Source of the DNA: a virus
Reading direction: 5' to 3' (one strand)
Virus record (IMG/VR): IMGVR_UViG_3300003322_000872
Span: 612 to 64,611 of that record
DNA: 64,000 bases
Within the stretch, counting starts at the first letter, position 1; each line of letters starts with the position of its first letter. The notes under the pieces were generated by a model. That model did not search any database. It was not told the origin of the DNA and saw only the letters and a program-made list of their open reading frames with translations. Shown piece after piece: positions 57,949-63,846 of this stretch. The position numbers were made by a program, and so were the translations under genes.

Positions 57949-58554
57949 CTATCGTCGGGCAGCTCTCTGCCAATACTTACGTCGTATCAGTGTTAATGGT
58001 ATCTCAATTTCGTGCCCGTCGATCAACGCAATTACACTGTCCGATTTGGTTTCTAATACTAATGCGACGAGGTCATCATGCGTAAGGTAGTCTCCTGGAT
58101 TTGGAGTAGGTCCGGGCCAGATTACTGTAATATGTGGCGTTTCCTTCCAACAAAATTGGTGATACCACTCCCAATCCTGATCAAGTAAGAACTGCCTATG
58201 TGAAGCATGTAGTTGATCCCAACCCAACCATGGTGGTGGCCTATACGGGCCAAGAACAAGCTGGGGATCGCTATATCCCATTTCTTTCGCCAACTTCTCC
58301 GTCTGTGGCACATAGTAGTTATCGAGGAATCCTCGACGTAACCATTCTGTATTAAGACACTTCATATATTTGAGTAGAGCAGGTTCATACCCGCGCCACA
58401 TCTGGGATACAATGTTATAGGAGGCTTTGGTCTCCTTCTCTGGCGATAACACCATGAGATAGTACATGCAAATCGTACGCTGCCGGGATAGCTCTGGTGA
58501 ACTAAAACAATGCGCCGACATAGCGAAGTTTGGATAAGGCAACAGAGTAATCAT
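57949..58554 (-). CDS. Pyrimidine-dimer-glycosylase-like protein (MSMEG_6728 type)
   Basis: TLLPYP.F..SA...L..QR, MWRGYE.AL..Y....EW..RG, PPWLG...HASHR..L. Confidence 0.72.
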   Translation of the reverse strand: MITLLPYPNFAMSAHCFSSPELSRQRTICMYYLMVLSPEKETKASYNIVSQMWRGYEPALLKYMKCLNTEWLRRGFLDNYYVPQTEKLAKEMGYSDPQLVLGPYRPPPWLGWDQLHASHRQFLLDQDWEWYHQFCWKETPHITVIWPGPTPNPGDYLTHDDLVALVLETKSDSVIALIDGHEIEIPLTLIRRKYWQRAARR

Positions 58555-58967
58555 TCTGTCGCCCTGTAATACAACTCCTCCATCAAAATCTCGGCTGCAG
58601 CCTGATTATATTTGTTGTCGTAGAACGACGTGTATTTACCAGGTGCGGGTATCATCCCGATCGGGCCACGCAAACACAGCTTGGGGAACGTATCCAAACC
58701 AGTCGCGCGGCGACAACCCTCCCCTACAAGAACGAGGATATCACATTCATGTAATATCTCGCCCTCGATTTCTTGCCAACGATCGACAGCCTCTACCGGC
58801 TGCCAAGCGCCATAAAATAGGCATTTGCGCTTGAACACGCGTAAATAATCCTCCTCGCTAACATCTACCCTCTCCCGCAACAGCGAAAGAAGGTCTATAT
58901 CTATCGGAGTAAGGGCCTCACCCTCCTCCGGTGCGATATCTCCGAGGATCATCACTCGTTCAACCAT
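58551..58967 (-). CDS. Hypothetical protein, possibly UDG-like fold
   Basis: VMILGDIAP...ILVLVGE...IPAPG...Y pattern loosely resembles UDG-superfamily motifs. Confidence 0.4.
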   Translation of the reverse strand: MVERVMILGDIAPEEGEALTPIDIDLLSLLRERVDVSEEDYLRVFKRKCLFYGAWQPVEAVDRWQEIEGEILHECDILVLVGEGCRRATGLDTFPKLCLRGPIGMIPAPGKYTSFYDNKYNQAAAEILMEELYYRATE

Positions 58968-59478
58968 GGCCGACGCCGCTCTTAGCGGCTACCGGGCCGC
59001 GCTCTTGATTTTGATACTTTCCAGTATCGGGATAAGCCTGTTCGGTCGGCTCGTCCAGACGATGGAAGATTACTTGAGCGATCGGGGTGCCGGCGACCAG
59101 TTTTGTCCTCGTGTACTCGGTTCCGGGCCAAAACTTTTCCCACATCTGCCGATTAACTGGGATATTGCATGATATCTCCAGTGTAAGAAATCCGGACCAC
59201 CCAGGCTCTGCCACTGTATTCTGTACTGCGATCCCGCGCCGCGCCCATGTAGACTTGTCGTGGATGATCCCAACCACATCTGTCGGCATGTGGAAGCGTT
59301 CCATCGTCGAGGCCAGTGTAAAGCCGCCCGGTTCGATGACGATATCCTGATCCAGCCGCAGATCATATCCACAGGCCGATAGGCCAAAACTGCAGCCAGA
59401 CTCCGGATGTTGCTGGCGCTCAACCATGGGATCGAGCAGCTTAAGGCGACGGATAGTTTGTGCAGAAAGAATGGTCAT
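58960..59478 (-). CDS. dcd: dCTP deaminase
   Basis: GLSACGYDLRL, DKSTWARRG, AEPGWSGFLTLE, IAQVIF, KYQNQ. Confidence 0.9.
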   Translation of the reverse strand: MTILSAQTIRRLKLLDPMVERQQHPESGCSFGLSACGYDLRLDQDIVIEPGGFTLASTMERFHMPTDVVGIIHDKSTWARRGIAVQNTVAEPGWSGFLTLEISCNIPVNRQMWEKFWPGTEYTRTKLVAGTPIAQVIFHRLDEPTEQAYPDTGKYQNQERGPVAAKSGVGHG

Positions 59479-60395
59479 TTGAACCTCTGTCTCGGGGCAC
59501 CTTCCCCGGTTTTCACCCGCATATATTTATCGAGTTCGCAAAGCGAATGCTCGATATCCCGCATTTCCAGGGACGGCCACTCAGCGGGCCAGAGCTCACG
59601 ATCTTCGGACAAGAATAACAGCTGCCGCATTTCCTCGATAAATTTGGCCTTGGGTTGCTTGAACTTAAGATCGCGGCCGAGTAGCCGGTTAAGACCACGC
59701 ATCGCGCCGGGGCCAGGATTGGCCCACGTCATGATGTCGGGAGCCTTGTTAAGCAGAGGCGTATGGCGGAGATCGGTTACGATCTCATAGGCCATGAAGT
59801 CACCGAGGTAGGGAAACTGACGGAGCCAATACCATACATCTTCAAGCTTCATATTGTCTTCAATAAGCATACGAACAGTGGCCCCCTTCCAATCATATGC
59901 TTCGCTCATGGGAAAATGCCTATAGAACGTATAAAATTGCTCAACGCACCACAGTACACCATCCAACTTAGATTTCCCATCCGGGGTCTTGATAATATAC
60001 GACCCTGTCACATACGGACCCTTACCGCAGTAACTGACAAGAGCCGATCGGATCGCGCCGGTATTCCCCCCGGACCCGACAAATTCGTCCCACGCGGTGG
60101 CACCGGGGGGAGACGTGTCCATGCGAGTTTGATCAAAGATGGCTTCTCCGGCTGCGATCCGGTTAAACCAGCGAAAGAGGACAGTGGCAAGCAATACATT
60201 ATCCACTGGCACTCTTTTGCGGACATGTTCGCGCAGCCAGATCGTGGTGCGATCTAACTCACGGAACACATTACAGAAGCGATATTCCTGGAAAATCGGA
60301 TCGTTGGTCCATTGCCCGCGCGGCAACCCGGCCTGCCGATTTAGATAAATCTGGTGGCGAGCGCGCATGTAGTCAAAGAGGGGCGAGGCGTCCAT
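59475..60395 (-). CDS. aGPT-Pplase / amino acid:DNA transferase-like protein (paralogue 1)
   Basis: ATG 60395 with SD AGGAG; RHQIY..R..G.P...WT.DPI...YRFCNVFRELDRTT...FRWFN...TG.YII...G.FMAYEIVTDL...GPGA.RGL...EH.LCE.DKY. Confidence 0.9.
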   Translation of the reverse strand: MDASPLFDYMRARHQIYLNRQAGLPRGQWTNDPIFQEYRFCNVFRELDRTTIWLREHVRKRVPVDNVLLATVLFRWFNRIAAGEAIFDQTRMDTSPPGATAWDEFVGSGGNTGAIRSALVSYCGKGPYVTGSYIIKTPDGKSKLDGVLWCVEQFYTFYRHFPMSEAYDWKGATVRMLIEDNMKLEDVWYWLRQFPYLGDFMAYEIVTDLRHTPLLNKAPDIMTWANPGPGAMRGLNRLLGRDLKFKQPKAKFIEEMRQLLFLSEDRELWPAEWPSLEMRDIEHSLCELDKYMRVKTGEGAPRQRFK

Positions 60396-60437
60396 CGGTG
60401 ATCTCCTGTTTAGATCGTTTATGCCGTATGAGGTCAT

Positions 60438-60477
60438 AAAAGAAAAGGGCCAGCACCATCTCTGGTTACTGACCCTT
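60438..60477 (-). terminator. Rho-independent terminator closing the ncRNA locus
   Basis: AAGGGTCAGTAACCA-GAGA-TGGTGCTGGCCCTT followed by TTCTTTT. Confidence 0.75.
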
Positions 60478-60542
60478 CCGGATACTTCGAGGCGCTCTGC
60501 CCGGTCATGGAGCCCGGCTGTACATTACCTCCCTCTTGTACC

Positions 60543-60630
60543 CACAGCGACGAAATCTAAGCAGATTCCTCGGATGCTTAATCCGAAGCTTTGGTTTGGA
60601 AAGCTGTAATCCGCTCAAGCATTCGCTGTA
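60543..60630 (-). ncRNA. Second Y RNA-like RNA (no tRNA module; YrlB/Yrn-like)
   Basis: UACAGCGA-AUGCU-UGAGCGGAUU ... AAUCUGCUUA-GAUUUCG-UCGCUGUG long stem; two apical hairpins (AGCUUU/AAAGCU, UCGGAU/AUCCGA); shares GCGAAUGCUUG and UCGUCGCUG with the first Y RNA. Confidence 0.75.
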
Positions 60631-60635
60631 TTCTT

Positions 60636-60712
60636 TGGTGGGGTTCGATAGTTCCAACAGGAGAGCCCAACGAGCGTCCCTCGATCTGGTACAAAACCTT
60701 TAACACCACCCC
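60636..60712 (-). ncRNA. 77-nt structured element ending in ACCA
   Basis: 5' GGGGU pairs with ACCCC followed by A-CCA; bulged long stem with two inner hairpins; no canonical T arm. Confidence 0.4.
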
Positions 60713-60785
60713 GACGATGATCAATCGCCGGTATAGAACTTTAGGAGAACCGAACGACTAAGGCTATTAGTCCGATCCTCCACAT

Positions 60786-60924
60786 ACCCATCAGCGACGA
60801 GTAGTGTATAGACGTTTACCGCGTCCTAACCACTAGACGATCACTCTTGGCAGAGCGAGTCGGACTCGAACCGACGTTTCGGGCTAGCAAAGCCTGTAGT
60901 CCATACAAGCATTCGCCAATGGGT
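60786..60924 (-). ncRNA. yrlA: YrlA-type Y RNA (circularly permuted tRNA mimic on a Ro60-binding-type stem)
   Basis: Outer stem ACCCAUUGGCGA/UCGCUGAUGGGU with GGCGAAUG (GNCGAAN0-1G); inner stem UGUAUGGAC/GUCUAUACA; T arm GUCGG-UUCGAGU-CCGAC, acceptor UCGCUCU-GCCA-AGAGUGA and D arm GUCU-AGUGGUUA-GGAC in T-AS-D order. Confidence 0.88.
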
Positions 60925-60979
60925 GACACAGGGCTTACGCCCAGTGTTTCGCTCTTGTGCGGTAGAGCTCATCAGACCC
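60921..60979 (-). ncRNA. Type I hammerhead ribozyme, predicted cleavage GUC/ between 60925 and 60924
   Basis: GGGU-CUGAUGA-GCUCU(ACCGCACA)AGAGC-GAA-ACAC(U)GGGC(GUAA)GCCC(U)GUGU-C/ACCC: intact core and three stems. Confidence 0.92.
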
Positions 60980-61270
60980 GTATTCGGTGCCCGCTACGCT
61001 CTTCGTCCTATGTTACACTCGGACTCCGGGTACGTAGCGGGCGGTCGGCGTTGTTCATTTCCCCGATATTTTTACAGCCTTAACCCTCGGGGTGAGCGGG
61101 GTATTAACTCGATTTTAGTTTTCCCCGGCTCTGCAGTCCTGAGCTTGGGGAGGGACGTATCCCAGATTTATCCTATCTCTAGAGGCCTTCTAAGCGGACT
61201 TGCAGGTTTGCGGTCGGCTAGTGCTGCGGCCTAGGTTCAAGATAAGGCAAGAGGAATCACAAGTAAAGGC

Positions 61271-61714
61271 TCATTTCTGGGCTTGTTTCATCCACTCATC
61301 GAAGCGCGCCATTCGTTCGTTGAGATTATCCTCACCATACTTACGAACGAGCTCCTTAACCCGCGTCCAATCGGGTACGGATTTAGGATTGGTTTCCACC
61401 TTGGAATAGGACAGCCCTCGAAGGAATCCGTAGGCGATTAGGGCCGATCGCGCTTCGGACCGCACTTCACCGGTGCGATGGTAACGGAGGCCCCAGAAAA
61501 TCTGGAGGTTACGATCGGAAGGCGCGATCAACTTACGGGTAAGTTTTTGGCGCTCGGTATCGGTAAGGTCGTTGGACCGGGCAAGCATGCGGCGAGCACG
61601 CACTCGGCCCCGATGCCCCACGTTATGTCGGCGCTCCTCACGATGAATCATCGTGGCTTCAGCAGCGAGGGACATGATTTTGATTTTCAGATAGGTATGC
61701 ATGATTTTCTCCAT
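61271..61714 (-). CDS. Conserved phage hypothetical protein
   Basis: YLKIKIMSLAAEA..I..EERR...HR..EVR.EAR...IAYGFLRG..Y..VE. Confidence 0.7.
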   Translation of the reverse strand: MEKIMHTYLKIKIMSLAAEATMIHREERRHNVGHRGRVRARRMLARSNDLTDTERQKLTRKLIAPSDRNLQIFWGLRYHRTGEVRSEARSALIAYGFLRGLSYSKVETNPKSVPDWTRVKELVRKYGEDNLNERMARFDEWMKQAQK

Positions 61715-61774
61715 TGTGTTATATGATGATGGGGAGGAGAAAATCTAGGTGGTGATCGGGCAGTCTACATGGAA

Positions 61775-61849
61775 TGGTATCCTATGAGGGAATCGAACCC
61801 TCCCACTGGGTTTTAGAGGCCCTGCTTCAACCACCGAAGCTCATAGGAC
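61775..61849 (-). tRNA. tRNA with CUA anticodon (amber-suppressor type)
   Basis: Acceptor GTCCTAT/ATAGGAT+ACCA; D arm GCTTC..GAAGC; loop CT-CTA-AA on a weak stem (3 G-C pairs); T arm GAGGG-TTCGATT-CCCTC. Confidence 0.8.
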
Positions 61850-61949
61850 TTAAATTTGTTCCCTCACCCAAGAGCAACTTGATCTATAACCGTCCGGCCC
61901 TTACTATCGGATACCGGCTGAGAGCACATGTTTTATAAACCGATCACGG

Positions 61950-61989
61950 TAAAAAAGAAAACCCACCTCTTCTCGAAAAAGAGATGGGT
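61950..61989 (-). terminator. Rho-independent terminator
   Basis: ACCCATCTCTTT-TTCG-AGAAGAGGTGGGT-type hairpin followed by TTTCTTTTTT on the minus strand. Confidence 0.65.
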
Positions 61990-62039
61990 CATCGATCTGC
62001 ACTTGCTTACCCAGGATCGCACCCCCTGGAGGCGACCGA

Positions 62040-62834
62040 TTACTTGATGTTGATGAAGCCCTGCTTGGTATCCCAGTTAAGGTCGGCGCGGACGATACCG
62101 GCTTCCATGGCTTCCTTCACGGTCATGCCGGATTTGTACTTGAGAAACCGGTTGCCGGCGGCGGAGCCCGCGCGCTTCGGGCTGTAGAACGTGCCGTCGG
62201 ACTGCGGGCCGTAGGTCTTGTTCTCGTTGTCCTTGCCGAACGTGATCACGCCAGTTTCCGGGAACTTAGCGGTCTTGGGTCCGGTGGTGGTGGCTTCGCC
62301 ATTTGCGGCGGCCTTCTTGGTTTTGGTGGTTGCGGCGGCTTCGTCGGCCATTTTGGTACTCTCTTCTGTTGGGTGGCGACGCTGTATAACGCCCTCCACG
62401 CGGGTTTTCTGTCGATCAAGGGCTATGAGACGCAGTACCTCTGCTGGGTCCGAAGGAGGCCGCTGGGCATGGGATACTAGAAGGTTCCACAACCGTTCCA
62501 GGTACTCCGTCACTCGCTTCTTGCCATCTAATTCGAGCGCCAACCTCTCTTCACCGAGACGATAGGCGATCCGAACCAGTTCTAAATTCGACCAGAGCTT
62601 TGGGATATCCGAGGGACCTCGGCATAGGGCATCACCATATTGGATAAGGGCATGCTCGTCCGCTTTTTCGAGGCTATCAAATAACCATAAATCGCCCAAG
62701 CCTCCTCGAGTAACTGCGATGCACTGCATTCTCATATCCTTACCTGACTGATCTATATTCGGTGAGTACAGATATAAAAAGCCCCTGTTCTCGACATTTG
62801 TAAGCCATGTATCAGATATTATAGCATAATCCAC
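62040..62834 (-). CDS. Hypothetical protein whose C-terminal 103 aa (ATG 62351) carry the 'PKRxGS...DxxWD' domain (paralogue 3)
   Basis: SPKRAGSAAGNRFLKY...DLNWDTKQGFINIK; codon style changes at MADEAAAT. Confidence 0.7.
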   Translation of the reverse strand: MDYAIISDTWLTNVENRGFLYLYSPNIDQSGKDMRMQCIAVTRGGLGDLWLFDSLEKADEHALIQYGDALCRGPSDIPKLWSNLELVRIAYRLGEERLALELDGKKRVTEYLERLWNLLVSHAQRPPSDPAEVLRLIALDRQKTRVEGVIQRRHPTEESTKMADEAAATTKTKKAAANGEATTTGPKTAKFPETGVITFGKDNENKTYGPQSDGTFYSPKRAGSAAGNRFLKYKSGMTVKEAMEAGIVRADLNWDTKQGFINIK

Positions 62835-62881
62835 AGAAATAGCTAGTCAGCTGAAAATCGGACGTTTCTGTCGATTCTGAC

Positions 62882-62947
62882 TTTACATTCGATCAGAGGC
62901 ATTATAGCCTGAGTTGCATAGGGCGATCCCGCCCGCTGAACCGGAGA
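62882..62947 (+). promoter_or_regulatory. Phage early promoter cassette
   Basis: GACTTTACA-N17-TAGCCTGAG-TTGCATAGGGCG...GAACCGGAG. Confidence 0.75.
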
Positions 62948-62953
62948 AAGACT

Positions 62954-63115
62954 ATGCGCTATCTTGTTGAACTCGCAATGCACTACAAAGGCCGCTTTGC
63001 AGGCTGGCAGGAATTTGGCCCATTCGAATCTAAGCGTGCAGCCTGGGAATTCATCCAGTCCAAAGGATACACAGCATCAGACAAAGGCGAAGAATGGATG
63101 GTTTCAGAAGTCTAA
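62954..63115 (+). CDS. Small early protein (53 aa)
   Basis: ATG directly after the cassette SD; MRYLVELAMHYKGRF... Confidence 0.6.
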   Translation: MRYLVELAMHYKGRFAGWQEFGPFESKRAAWEFIQSKGYTASDKGEEWMVSEV

Positions 63116-63187
63116 ATCTATAGTGATAACGGAGTATCGGCCTTCGGGCCGATATTCGGCAATCACGCCGACAAAGGAGAACCGGAA

Positions 63188-63469
63188 ATGCAACAGATAT
63201 CAATTCGCGAGATCGTTCGCGCGGGCCGTCTCAAGGCGCGCCAACGGCGAGTCGCCATCAAGGTCCAGGATCGAGCATTCGTCCGGCCGGATGGAACCTG
63301 GATCACCCATCACACCAAGGGTATCCTGCACCGGATGCTTTCCTCAGCAATCATCGATCTTCGCACGCAGGGCAAGGCCAGCCCGGATGATGCCCGCTCC
63401 ATCATCGATACGGCACGCCGCTACCTCGCTGGGCAGCTGCCGGAATATCGGCAAATACCGCTGCCATAA
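63188..63469 (+). CDS. Hypothetical early protein
   Basis: SD AAGGAG; biased codons. Confidence 0.65.
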   Translation: MQQISIREIVRAGRLKARQRRVAIKVQDRAFVRPDGTWITHHTKGILHRMLSSAIIDLRTQGKASPDDARSIIDTARRYLAGQLPEYRQIPLP

Positions 63470-63495
63470 AATCATCAGAGGTCTCTTTTTCTGAC

Positions 63496-63560
63496 TTTAC
63501 ATTTGATCAGAAGCGCCTTATGTTGAGATGCATAGGGCGCTTTTGCCCATGAACCGGAGA
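63496..63560 (+). promoter_or_regulatory. Phage early promoter cassette
   Basis: GACTTTACA-N17-TATGTTGAG-ATGCATAGGGCG...GAACCGGAG. Confidence 0.78.
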
Positions 63561-63567
63561 AACAAAA

Positions 63568-63846
63568 ATGGCTATCATCAATCGCGCTTCCTTCATCGCC
63601 ACCGATTCCGAAGGTAACGGTACTGTAGAAGTTACCCTCCGCAATGAAACCCGCCGCGTAAAGGCCCGTCTAAATGAGAAGTATGGTTGGATGTACGCTT
63701 ATGAGATGACCGGACGCTATCAAACCGGCGGTAAGGCTTGGCCCGCCATGGTCCGTTCATATGAAGATGGTAGTGAAACCGTTGATTTTGGTCGCGATGA
63801 TCGCAACCCGAAGTTCAACAAGATGAACGCCATCTTCTTCGCCTAA
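63568..63846 (+). CDS. Hypothetical early protein
   Basis: ATG after the cassette SD; followed by a GGCCCCC/GGGGGCC hairpin. Confidence 0.7.
   Translation: MAIINRASFIATDSEGNGTVEVTLRNETRRVKARLNEKYGWMYAYEMTGRYQTGGKAWPAMVRSYEDGSETVDFGRDDRNPKFNKMNAIFFA

Noticed and set aside
60485-60535. Twister-like ribozyme (GAGG-UAA-UGU...GCA-GAG..CCUC); a similar weak candidate lies at 61115-61170
   Set aside because: Loop 4 and both pseudoknot pairings do not match the twister consensus. A covariance-model search would be needed to revive it.
60608-60680. HDV/theta-like ribozyme suggested by GCGAAUG (resembles J4/2)
   Set aside because: No P1/P2/P3/P1.1 nested pseudoknot can be built, and the motif is explained by the Y RNA stem.
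60786-60924. Two-piece (permuted) tmRNA
   Set aside because: It has a true D stem, no G3:U70, no tag ORF or pseudoknots, and closes into a ~139-nt hairpin-ended RNA.
60848-60955. A 108-nt tRNA-Ala(UGC) with a large insertion (AGAGCGA pairing with UCGCUCU-G-CCA)
   Set aside because: The apparent 5' acceptor strand is part of the hammerhead (stem II plus GA), and the local AGAGUGA partner followed by a full D arm explains the region better as a permuted YrlA module. The alternative pairing could still act as a ribozyme off-switch, but there is no evidence for that.
60985-61040. Second hammerhead (GUCC...GGAC-GAA)
   Set aside because: The CUGANGA core is absent (ACCCGGA) and there is no stem III or cleavage triplet.
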